A stretch of DNA of 64,000 nt from contig JAYWIR010000039.1 of NCBI GenBank assembly GCA_036172245.1, positions 1,240,001 through 1,304,000 on the forward strand, given 5' to 3'. The DNA comes from Raillietiella orientalis. Its lineage: Eukaryota. Each line of letters begins with the position of its first letter. Position 1 is the first letter of the stretch. Shown here in pieces: positions 36,901-48,555 of this stretch. The notes under the pieces were generated by a model. It saw nothing but the letters and a program-made list of their open reading frames with translations. It was not told where the DNA came from and made no database searches. A program made the position numbers and the translations under genes.

Positions 36901-39900
36901 TTGAATACCCTGGAAATCCCTCATGCATCTGTGCTAGAAAGTGCGGCAATGGGACCGCAACAGGGCAGTGACTTCTTCAAGTGGAAAGGAGGAATGGAAA
37001 ACCTGCGCTCCCTCTCTTTCAAGACATGCTTCTTGAAGACGTCACCAGTGGACATCTATGCTCGCCATCAATCAGCGATGAATGCTCAGAAGATGTGCTC
37101 TCCGATTTCGCTGTCGGTGGTGCAAACTCTACTCTGCATGGATTTTACCAGCGGACCACTTTCCACCGATAAATAACAGGCACTCTTCTTCATCCATGAG
37201 TGTAAACCATTCCAAAAGCAACATCAGTCTTGCGTTCGAAGCACGCTGCCAACTGAACTGGGCGTAGCTCCTCGAAGAGATAACGACAAATGAAGGAGGA
37301 AAGATAGAACAAAAAACAAAAAAAAAAATGCAACATTTCTTCAGAGACCTTCAGGTTTTTTTGTGATGTTGAAAATATTTCAATTTGGCACTAACAAAGA
37401 TGACTTTCCTCGGATGAGGTGGGATGCCAAGATTCATATCCGAGACGTTCACTGAATGCTACAAAGGGGTGACACGTAAGTGAGCCCTGCTGCTTCTTGT
37501 CTGATGGCTGGGAATACCTTCCATTGGAGGATATCGCAAAAAATGGAAAGGTGGAATCCTGCCTTTAGCCACGTTCTAAGTGGAGTATTCCAGGTCGTTC
37601 TATGTTGTCCGTGCAACTCGAAAGAAGGCAGGCAGGCAACGAGAACAACAGCAGCAACAACAACAACGAAAAAAACAGTGCGAAAACTTTTTTTATAAGA
37701 AGTTATTACAGTCAGGAGGAGGAGAAATGCACTCATGAAAATAAATATGTGGTTTGTGTTGCTGATTGGACCGATCCGATCCATGAAGTTTCTTTATGCC
37801 TCTCTTATTGGACCGAGGACGTCGCGAAAGTTTTTTCATCACATTGCTCAAGACTCTTCCTACTAGGTAATTTGCAGCTCCGTCGCTTGTAAAGGCGCTC
37901 TCATTCCTGACGAACCAAAGACTTTCGTGCAGACGGGGAAACTTCAGGAGCCGGGCTTGCTTCCGCACCTAGGGCCGTTTCTTGCAGAACGGGTCCCGAC
38001 TTCATTTGGGTGGCAATTCATCGTCTCGGTGGCGCACTCCGGTGTTCCGGTTTTAGTGCTCTCGAAGAGGATTGGAAGGGAGAGACAGAGAGAGAGAACG
38101 GGGGGGGGGGGGAACTCCGCTCATGCCAGTGGGGCTGCTGCTGTTGCTGTTAGCGCCATAGGTTTCCACATGATTTTCTCAACAAGTGCGTCCAGGAATC
38201 CTCTCGATATTGCGCTCGCGCAGCCGCTGCGTGGCGGTGCCGTCGGACGGCTGCGTTTCCAGTCGCTTGATTTCGCCTCCAGCGTCTGTTTCCTCTTGCT
38301 GCAGTCACCACCAGTGACCTGCTGTCGCTGATTTACATTTGCGAACCTTCAGCTCCCGTGTTATGACAGGAAGCCGGGAACTTTAAGTTGCTACGGGATT
38401 CTTTTACGCGGAAGCAAGAGCGCGGTGCGTGCTGCGACCGACCACACTCTTGAGAGCAACGCGAAGATGCTTCACACAAACTGGCGAACCTCTCTCGAGA
38501 GAGGTTTTGTTCCGCGGTGCCCGCTCGCTGCAAAGCCGAGGTCACGCTCCCACCGCTTTCCACTTGGTTTCGCCACATCGGAAAGCGGGGGGACTGAATT
38601 CCCGAAATGCTCTCCGAAGGGATGCGGCGTGTGAGATCCTCTTCGTCTTCGCGACCCGCAGGAACCTCGCCCTGGGTGTTCTGACTTTGCACATCCGGCA
38701 CGAAGACCCCTTGGAGTTTCCGGCGGCTTCTCGTTTGCCTCATCCCTGCGAAGGTTTCGCGCAGTCCCTGGTTTTTTCGACCTTCCACTTCGCTTCCGAT
38801 TCGTTTGGACCGTCTGGCCTGGTGCACCAGCAGGGGCGAACGGGCTGCCGATCCGCTCGCCCGGCCGGTTCTGGATCCTTCGTGGCTCCTGCCGACGGTG
38901 CTTTAGGAGATGATGACCTCTTTCCGTCATCATCAGTCGATCGATAAGCGAAAGGACGGACTGCGACCGTGCGAGGGCTTGTTGAAAGCGTTCCTCCGCT
39001 GCTTTGTCTTTCATCGGAGCTGATTTATTTGCACCCTCGCCTCTGGCTTCGGAGTTCAAAGTGTATCAGAAGGCTTCCAAGTGTGCACGACGTCTGGAGT
39101 TTCGGAGAGGGCTCGGTCGAAAAAAAAATCTGGACGTGAAAAACGCTCGCGGGTTCGACAGCTCCTCAGGACGAAAGCAGTGGAAAGGCGAAGAGGAAAC
39201 CGAAAAGGAAAGCATTCCTCGAAGTGTGGGAAGTGGCTGGTGGTGAGTGACCTTCTAGGAGTCACGCCGACCTCAGCAGCAGCAGCAGTACAAAAGGTCG
39301 AACGTGGGATGGACCGGTAGGCAAGGCATGGAAAGTACAACGAACCCCCCCCCCCCACCGGGCAGACAGTCCACGAGCAACGCGGTGAATCAGACTCCGT
39401 ACAACGCCGAGGGAGGATTTTATGATTTTTGTGGTGTTTTTTTGTCAGAACACGAACACGTGATTTGAGCAGCTTGAAAATTCCGTTTTGGTTCAGAGTT
39501 CCGTGAATAAAACAGCCCAAGAAGATGCGCCTTCCAACAACGAGAACGCTAGAGCGGAAACCGTAGAATCGGCTCGACTGATTAAATTCTAAAAACCTTT
39601 TCATTTTTTATCTTTTGCTCCAAGTTAAATAATAAATAAACACTTTTTTATTTGAAGTAAAAATGACAATTGTTCTACTTTTGTAACGTTGGGGTACATT
39701 CTTTATCTTTTCAAAGAACTATATCACATCCACGTACAACCCGCAGGGCTCGTATAACGCGGAGCGTATCTCCCGCCTTACATGGGGGTCCATTGCAGCT
39801 TCTTTTTTTTTTTTTTCTTTTTTTTTTTTTTTTATTGCGCAGGTTTTCCGTAGGGCGCGGAGAAAGATCACAAATAAATTTCCGAATCACTGTAAGCAAG

Positions 39901-42784
39901 AGTGTACATGAAAGCAGTATAACCTCCCTGTTCGGTGGGATTCGTCATTAAGAACGTTTAGCAATTACTTGACGGACATCTTCTCTCCCGGCCGAATCCC
40001 GCAATTTATTTTTGACGCGCCAAACGAGCGTTCCCTGAAATCTTTCTATCAATGTATTCTATTATCTTTCGAGATATCCTTCGAGCTATCGTTCGATATC
40101 GATTAGGCATTTGGCGATACGCATCGCGGCGGATGGGCGAGATCTAAATAGGCGTTCCAATGGCAAATCCCGCGTGCTCGGCCCATTTTTCGGCGGTATT
40201 AATGTGGGTTTTCCGGATCATTCAGCCGAGTGGATGCGTTCCCCCTCTGGCTTTGCGCAGCTGAGGACAACGGTAATAGAATCTTCTCCAGCATCCACCG
40301 GGGGTGATTTAGAAGATTGTTGCTCGGAATGAGGTGAAAATGGACAGAGAGAAGCAATGGAGAAATTGTGTCCTCACTTCCGGATCTTGAAACAAAATGA
40401 TTTTTTTTTTTCTCTTCAAAATCGTCTCGCCTTTGGGCTTGTAGGACACAATCGCTCGAGAATCCTCTTTCCGGTTTAACAGCGTTCGCTAAGGAAGAGA
40501 AAGCTTCAGGGTCGCCATTCTGCCCTAAAAATTTTTTTTTTTTTTTTAAATTGAAAATCTTTCATGAGTGGACCCACTCTAGGAAGCGTTCGTCTGGCTG
40601 GTTAGCAGTAGTATTATTACTATAATTATTAAAGAGGGATGACAGCGGATGAAAATCCAACTGATGTGTGCTAAGGTAGAGAGAGAAGGAGAGAGAGAGA
40701 AAAACTAGGATTTGCAATCTGCAGAAATCTCCAAGTATGAAGGTGCCGTGATACCTCCTGTCTGCAGTTTCCAAGTTGTCTGCAGCCGCGGCGGCGCGCT
40801 TCCGCGCCATCGGTTCGCGCGGACAGAGCGCGACAGAAGAGAGCAATGTTGGCGCTCACGGGGCACCTTATCTTTCGAGTTTGCGATAAGCAGGATCAAC
40901 TCTTCTGCACTCTGTAAGCGCTCTCTTCTCGCCGAGAGAGTGGAAAAGGCGTGTCTTCCACGGCTGGAGGTAAGAAGGTTCCAGAACAGGAACAGAGGGT
41001 GGCCACGTGGGCGGGAGAAATTCCCACCATCGAGACGATGAGGCGACGAGTCGAGCGAGAAAGCACGTGCGGAGTATGGGATCGCGAGCAAGACGATGCT
41101 GGAAGGATTCGCGATCTGAATCGGAGGTCCATCGCGATCTTCGGGTCTTCCATGGGTGGTTCCTCGATGGCTCTCAGCGTTCCTGCTTTCGCGGTTTCGT
41201 TCGGTTTTTTCGGATCGCCGCTGCGCCCCGATCTCGTGGGCGAGTTCTCACCGGACGGCTTTTGCAGCTCACCGAGGAGACGACATGCTATACACGTTGC
41301 AGAGCTGCAACATTGGACTCCGCACTGCATCTGACCCTAAGCCTCTGCATTTCGGAGCAACGACTCATCCTTTTGTGTGGACAGCTGACTCAATTTGTGA
41401 AGAGCACCATCGTTGGAAAACCGAGAGAGTTCGCCCCCGGGAACCTTGAAATTTCCCTGTCAAAGAAACCTTCCAGGAGATCCAAGGAGGTTTTCCCACC
41501 TCAATCTCTGTCTCTTGGCAAGCGCGAGGTCAAATCAACCCATGTTCCTTCTGCTCCATTTGGAGAGCTCACGCCGTTCGAAAAGTTTTGCAGGATGCCC
41601 GTCAGATGGTGCGCGAGGCGCTACTGCATTTGCCTGCCTGATCATAGAGGGCCGCCCCATGGGCTCGCCTCGTGAATTTGCTCTCCTGTCCCAGATGCCG
41701 AGAAGTTGGTTCGACCTTTGCGAAAAGCAAAGATCCGTGGAGAGCCTCCCCTTCTACACCATCGTCGTACCGCTTCCGGTTCATGCTCGCACACGGAGCA
41801 GCGTGCGCATCCGCGGAGGGTGCACTTCCGACCGGGGATGCGGGGGCGTGTGCGGTGGTCGGAGCGCTCTGCTCGCTCTGCCCGTAGCTCCTAGGCGCGC
41901 CAGTCCGTCTTCCGGAAGGAAGCGAAGGTACGCCTCTCCTCTGCCTTTCGCTGCTTCTCTCCCCTCGGATAGGAGGGGCAGGGAGTTCCGAACTGCGAGT
42001 GGCTTCCTTCTGCAGAGCCACCGCGGCCCCGAGGTGCCGCTTCGACAGCAAAGCGGTGCCGAGCTCCGGTCGGGTCAAAGGAAGCCGGCAGAAGCCGCCG
42101 ACCACCGGGACTTCCAGAAACGACAACATTGTAACCAAGGCGGTTTATCCTTGGTTACGGCGCCATAAAATGAACAGAGCGGGGACATTCTCGGTTGCCG
42201 TGGACAACTCCCGCTAATCCACCGCGTTTGCCCCGCCGGTCGCCGGTGACATTTACTGTTGCGACCCTAGGATTTTATTGTGGCTCGCCCAGAGCATCGT
42301 CTCCGCGAAGGAGCTCCTTCAGAGCGAGCGGTCCAGGGGTTTATGGTTACCCGGAAGCCGCAGGTGGAAAGTCCTCAAGTGCCTTCCGGTCTCGCCTTAC
42401 CGCGCCCTCGAGCGCCGCCTGGCGACCGTGAGCAAAGACGAGAAGGCCGGCAGTTGTTGTCGCAATGTGGAAATCGGAAGCTGCAGGCGGGGGTCGTCGA
42501 AGGAGGCTGGTGCCCTTCTCTGCGATGCAGCCGCCACCAGCGCGGACAGTCTCTCCTCCTTGACTGTTGGTGTTGAATCCTCCGCCTTGGATCCAACACC
42601 CCCATGCCGACCTCCAGGCACCCTGGGGGCTGGACGGACTCCGCAAACCAGAGCCAGGGACCCCTTCCTCGCTGACCCGGAAATGAGCCCGCAGCGATGG
42701 AGGGAGTCCAGAGAGAGGACCGAGCCGAGTGCGCGTGCGAGCACGCCGTCTCCAGCAGCCACAGGCGAGCGAGGGTCAGCCACG

Positions 42785-42908
42785 TGAAGAAAGGAGGAAA
42801 GAAGAAAGGGACAAGGGACAAGGAGAAGGGGGGAGGAAGGAAGAGGAAGAGAAAGAAGAGGAATAAGGAAGGAGGAAGGAAGGAGGGGGGGAAGAGGAGG
42901 AGGAGGAG
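42785..42908. repeat. Polypurine (GA-rich) tract
   Basis: Nearly all purine for about 120 bp; similar tracts at 22945-23055, 44020-44140 and 51595-51710. Confidence 0.85.
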
Positions 42909-44738
42909 CTAGCTAGCGGAAGACCATTGCCATCCCTTCTTGTGCCTCTCTCGGAGCCGCTGCGCCCAAGTTTCCGCGCCCAGCGTGCTTCCGCCACCAC
43001 GGTGCTCCCCGTTCGCCTGCCCGCAGGAAAGACGGACGGGAGGTGCGCGCTTTCTGCGCTCTCACGTCGGTTCACGGCAGGGGCGTCACCAGACAAGAGG
43101 GGAGGGAGTGGAACAGGACGGGAGCCGGGAGGAAGATGGAAAAAAGGTGGTCCACAGGAGCGAGAGAGACCGGTGCGTCTTCCCGGAACCCTTCAGGGCC
43201 TCGAGCCCCCTCTCGAGCGTGCGCGTGAGCTCTTTCGCGGCCACGCCTCGTGGGCCGACTCCTTCCTCTTCCTTCCCTCACAGCCGTCTCCCTGCTCTCT
43301 CCCCTGCAGACCCTCGCACTCCCGAGAGTGGGAGGAAGTGGAGGAGTGCTGGGGGATCTCTCCCGGGGTGCGAGGGCGGGGTCTGCCACCCCTCCTCTTC
43401 CTACGGGGAGGGCTGGCTCGGAGGGCTGCGACCCCTCCTCTCGCGGAGCTCATCGCATGAGGTCTCGGAAAGGGCAAAGCCTAGCCTCAAACGGGGAGCG
43501 TACTCCCCGGGCCACCCTCGCCTTCTTTGTCGCCCGCGGCAGTGGAAGAGCAACGCGGGCAACACCCTACGGGGTCTGACCACCCCTTCTGCGGATTCGG
43601 CTGCGATCGGCCGCTCCTCCAGGTGGAAGCGTGCGCGACTGGCAGCGCCGCCTGCAGCCGCATCCGGCCCGAGGTGCCCTCCTTATACGGTCGCATCCGC
43701 TGGAGGATGCTGGCATTCCTGAGAACAAAGGAGACGTCACTGGCGCGCATTCAACACGCGTAGCTCGCTCGCGCGCCTCTCCCCTCCCTCCCCCTTCTTT
43801 CCCCATAACTCACCCCGGAGACGCGCGCCTCGATCGCTTCCCCCGGCGATGCGCTTCCTATCGACGCCGCTCGCGGATCCGGGGCGCGCGCGTCGCGAAG
43901 AAAGACTTCCCTTTGTCACGCGCGAGCGACCTCTGCAGACGGTACCGAAAAGACGAAAAGGGGCGGGGGAGGGGGGAGGCGAACGAGCTCAAGGACGCGG
44001 TTTGCCCAGCGTCCCCTCCTGGGGAGGAAGAAGAGGAGGAAGAAACGGGAGGAAGAGATGACAGATGGAAAAGGGAAAAACGAGGAGGAAGAGGAAGGGA
44101 GGACGGAGAGAAGGGAAGACAAAGGGAAGAAGAGGAGTCGTCGCCTAGAGGAAGAGCGCCATCATCCCTTCTTGTGCATCCTTCGTTGTCTCTGCGCTCG
44201 GGTCCTCATCCTGGAGGGCGCGAACGCCAGTCAGGGTTTGGGAGGTGAAGAACGGGACGTCTCTGGATCCATTTTCGATTTCCCCCGATCCACACTTCCA
44301 TTCCTCTTTTCTTCTTCCCTCTATTCCTCCTCTCTTCCTTCTCCCGTGCCTCCTTTTTAATTCCTGTTCCTTCCATTGAAGGCAAATTCCAACCAACCTC
44401 GTTTTCGTGGGGAAGGCGGGAGTTGGTGGCTCGGAGCTCCCCTAGCGTCGACCCCTCCTCGTTCTCATCAGTGCCGATGCCTCAGTCCTCAGCTGCCAAG
44501 GACCTCTGGGGCTGTCACGAAACTCCATCGAAACGTTATGACACCTTCCTTCAGGGGAGGAGGACCCTGGCAACCAGCGAGGGATCTCGGGGAACGCCCC
44601 CGAGCAGGTGGCTCGTAGGAGCTCGCTCACGGCCACGGACGCTCCCGAGTTCCTCTGCACCCGAGAGCAGGAGGGGGGAACCTGCTTGGCAGAGGAGACT
44701 CCAGCATGGCAGCGACTCCGGAGAATGGCTCTCACCGC

Positions 44739-46635
44739 CCAGAGTCCATCGGTCGTCCATCCCACAGCTGGCAGCTCCCACCCGAAGGACGCGAAGCAGC
44801 TCCGTCCGAGTCCACGGACTCGGGCGGCGATCCGTCTCCCCCGCTCGACCTCCCCTTGCCACGGGCCCCGTCCCGCCAGCCGAAGGAGATGCGACCGCAG
44901 CCCGCGCGGACGCCTCTTCCCCAGAGGGACGGGGGAGGTGCGGATGGGCGGCGTCTGCTCGGAAACGGCGACCCCTCCCACCCCCTTCCCCCTTCGGGAG
45001 GCTGCTTCTCCGCACGACAGCCGCCGCCGCCGCTCGCTCCGGGATCTTCGGTGGTGCGGCTCTGTTCGCTCTCCCTCCTTCCCTCTACTGGCGCCTTCCA
45101 CAGGAGCGGGCGGCAGCCGAAGAGGCGTCTTCTCTCCTGCAGCACCCTGCCCGTCCCCGGCTTCCACGGGGCGCTTCCCTCAGCGTCTCCCTGGAAACCG
45201 ACGTCCCGCGCCTCGGCGCTCGGCTCCCGTCGATCGTCAGCGCTTCCGCTCGCCACGTCTCGCACGCGCTCGGCACCTTCGTGCGCGGGGGGGAGGGGAG
45301 GGGGGAAGATGCTGTTGCTGCTGCTGCTGCTGCTGCCCTCGTGCTTCGCTCGCTACCGACGTTTCTCGGAATCGGCGCGGTTCGTCCGCGTGCGTGGGGG
45401 TGGGGGGGAGGCCGTGCTGTGCCGCGCCTTGGACTGGCCCTGCACGGTTCCTCCCGCGTCGTCACGGACGCGCGTATCGCCGCACCGGCTCCCTCTCACC
45501 GGAACCGGTCGGCGCGACCCCCCGCACGACGGACGATGGCCTTCTCTCTCCCTCGGGCGGTGCTTCGATTTTGCACTCTGCCGAGCGGAGGGATGGAGGA
45601 GGGGGTCGTCGCTCGCCGCCGCCTAAGGGCTGCGCCGCCCTTCTTCGCTCGGCCGGTCGACGTCCAGCGGCCGCCGCGCGCTCAGCGACGCCTCCGGAAG
45701 AGTCCCGTTTCGCGCTCGCGTCTCGCGCGGGTGGCGGTCCGCGGCCCCATCCCGGTCGGCGAAAGGCCTCAACCGTGCCCCCGGTGGGCCTGCTCGCTGC
45801 AGCGCGTCTCGGGGCGCTCCTATCCCCTCCGGGTGCTGCTCTTCCTCTCCCGGTCCTCCTGGCGTTCTTGGCCGTCGTTCCTCGCCCGTGCCGACGCGGG
45901 TGCGCCCCTAGCGGCGAAGTAGGGAAGCACCGGCGCCCACCGGCTGTCGTCCTGGACCACTCCGCGCTGCGGCGGACGATTCGCCGCAGGGTCGCAAGGC
46001 ATCCTCCATTGCCGCCGACCTCCCGCGGTCCCGCATCGCTCGCGGGTTCGCCTCTGTTGCGAGAGGGAAGCGGGTGAATTGGCTGAGGGTTGTGACCACT
46101 CTTCCTCGGCGTGTCTGTCTGGGGTGCTTTGCCCAGGTTCGGGGGACTCTTCCTTGCGTACCGCGTGAGCCCGTGATTGGCGCCGTTCCTGGCGGGCGTG
46201 GCTGCTGTGGCGAATGCGGGGACCTGGCCTGAGGCTGCGGGGTGTCCGCCCCGGGTTCGCGTTCCTGGAGACTGCGCCTTCTCTTGCAGGCGCTCGGTTC
46301 CTCTCCGCCGCGGCGATCCCGGAGTCTTTCGCTGCTGCCGGTCCTGGCGCGGGAGCTCGCTGAACCGCCCATCCGCCGTCTCCTTGCCGATGCGCTGCTT
46401 CCAGCGCCTGGTAGAGGATGCACGTTTCCTGAGAGACGGCGTGGCTGCCAAGCACCCCGCGACGCGTGCTTCCGCGGAAAGCGGTGCTGCCTCTCTCTGC
46501 AAAGTGGAGCGCCCCTGCCTCCGTTCCCCCCGTGCTGGAGAGCTCCCGGAGGTTTCGAGGCAGAGGGCCATTCCATTCCCCCCGGACGAGAGCAGAGGTG
46601 TGCAGACCCTAGCGGAGAATCGGCTCAGGGTGCAG
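44739..46635 (-). repeat. Right arm of 1897-bp near-perfect inverted repeat
   Basis: Reverse complement of 28275-30171. Confidence 0.97.
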
Positions 46636-47300
46636 TAGGTCGACTTGTAGGCATTGGAACGAGCCGCGGTCCATAAAGGAGTTTCCTGCCCGTGGGTCTC
46701 ACAATGAGCCTGTTGGAAGGGTGGTGCGCCGGCGCAAGATTCTTCCCCGTGTTCTGGATGATTTTCGGAGCTGAAAAGACGAATGCTGGAGGTGATTGGA
46801 GCTGGATCCACTGGGGAGAGCTGGTTACTTCGCTGCAAAACGGAAGGCGAGCGCTCAAATGGTCGAGTTATCCTCAGAGCTGGGCATTCGGAGGCGTTCA
46901 CAGGATGGGGCGATGCATCAGCGTCTCTCGTGTCCTTCATCCCTGGCCATGACCTTGGAACTGGGTGTTGAGGACTTCCGTGTAATGCAGCGCTCCTTCC
47001 GCGCGTTGGTGCTCTGGGGCAACGCTGCCCCACGGGCTTCGAGCACTCTCAGAGCTGCCGCAGTTCCGGAGACGGTTTAAGTTTCGCGAATGCTGAGAAA
47101 TTCCTCTCTCTCTGCGCAGTGGAAGAGGACGACGGGACGGCCAAAATCATGGACGGGTTCGCTGCTTGAGTAAAAGGCCGGCAACCACAAGGGAAGTTCG
47201 CTCGCTTTCGGTTCTGTGGCAGTAGCGTCTAAACCGAAACTGCCTCGTGGCAGCTGCGAGAATTCCTCTCGCTGAGGCGCATCATCGAAAACCTGAACTC
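46600..47300 (-). mobile_element. Highly decayed LINE 3' fragment (Rex-Babar/L2-like)
   Basis: Frameshifted pieces AFYSSSEPVHDF, KIIQN...HHPSNRLIVRPTGRKL and ARSNAYKSTY resemble the HP..L..LPSGRR..RT.RYK.SF C-terminus of these clades. Recognised by eye only. Confidence 0.33.
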
Positions 47301-47949
47301 CTGAGAAACAGGTAGACGAAGGGGGGGGGAGCTCTTGGTCGCCAGCTGATTTTCCATGGACCTCAGCCCTGCTCCCGTGGGAGAAAAGGGATTGGAAAAG
47401 TTCCATCTTTGTGTCTTCTCTGAGAAGACGCGCGTTCCGGACGCTTCGGGGCAGAACAATGCTGCACCGTCCTGCACTCGGATCGAACTGCACTCGGAAT
47501 CTGCCTCCAAACGATGCCCACGAATAATGCCGTCTCAAAATCTGTCCACGAAAAACGCTGCGACCATCCCCGAATGGTGCAGCTGTTGCTGCTGGACCCT
47601 CGGATCCGTTTGGACGTCGTCTGGTCAAAATCGGACTTCTCCTTTCGTCCCTCTTGAGCTTGCGTTTTGCCGCGCTGGGAGACGAAGGATTTCAGCTTCA
47701 GCTTCCCCGGAAGGGGAGTTTGTAACTCGTTCGCCTCCTCCATCCCGGTTCTTTCCTTCCTCCGTACTTGCATCCGGCTTCGTCGCTCACCATGGCCAGG
47801 AGCGGCCATGCAACGATCATCGGCGGAGGAACGCGTCTTTCGAGCCAGGACCGGTTCTTTCAGGTAGCAGTACCCCAGTCTACAACGGGGACGCCTCACA
47901 CGTGGACGTGCGTCTCAGAAACCGGAGACAAGTGCTGAGAAGACAAGCG

Positions 47950-48555
47950 GTGCTGCACCGCGCCCGCGTTGGAGGCCGCTTGGCACCGGGCGTTGCGGGT
48001 TCGAATCCCGACCGGGGAAGGAGAGACACCGAGGAATGGGTGCGTCATGGGCGTCGAGTTTCCTCCCTCCCGCAGGATGACACTGGTTGTTGGTCTCGGT
48101 TGACTTCGGGTGCGGCACCGGTGGAAGCTGACCTGGATTGGAAATTGATCCTCCAAGGTCCTTCCAGGAAACCAGTCCCCTTCGGGGTTGCCCTCTGGTT
48201 GTGAAAATGGCAACCCTTCATCGCGTACCATGAAGCTGGTTGACACCTCCCCCTCGGGGGGTCTCCGCCTCTCCAGAGCGTCAAGAAGCTCTTTGCTCCC
48301 TTCAAGGAAGCTGGGAAGCGTCCCTTAGGGGTTCTTTCCAGAGTAGTAACAAGGAGCGGTTCCCTTGCAGATTCCCTCCGAAGAAGAAATTCCAGGAGTG
48401 AATCCTTTCCGGGTTCCCTTCGAAAAGGAAACAATGGATCCGAGGGTCCCTCCGGAGAGAACAAGAATAAGGTTCCTCACCCTCCCAAGAGTAAGAGAGC
48501 AACGTAGTCCTTCCTCCGGAACCTTCCTGGATTCGTAGGGTGGTCCCCACCCGGG
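47950..48555 (+). mobile_element. tRNA-headed SINE-like element, long copy B
   Basis: B-box GGTTCGAATCC at 47998-48008, central block gatgacactggtt...acttcgggtgcggcaccggtggaa, and a tail shared with copy A. Confidence 0.7.

Noticed and set aside
38460..38720. piggyBac-like Cys-rich tail on the minus strand (CRMCK...GSPVCVKH)
   Set aside because: The cysteine spacing is incomplete, with no DDD core or TTAA-flanked TIRs seen.
45309..45345. MLLLLLLLLPSCFA signal-peptide-like start inside the arm
   Set aside because: It is explained by a (CTG)n repeat, and no convincing donor or downstream domain was found.
28275..46635. Polinton/Maverick or other large TIR transposon (18.4 kb span)
   Set aside because: There is no TSD and no AG...CT termini, and no polymerase B, integrase, capsid or transposase is recognisable inside.
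44423..47033. ORFs of 489-523 aa over the inverted-repeat arm, with mirrors at 28339-30301
   Set aside because: Nearly all frames are open, the translations are low-complexity, and the ORF ends differ between arms; a GC artefact.
47950..48020. Functional tRNA genes at the GGTTCGAATCC sites
   Set aside because: No complete cloverleaf could be folded by eye, and the full-length sites each continue into the same repeat body.
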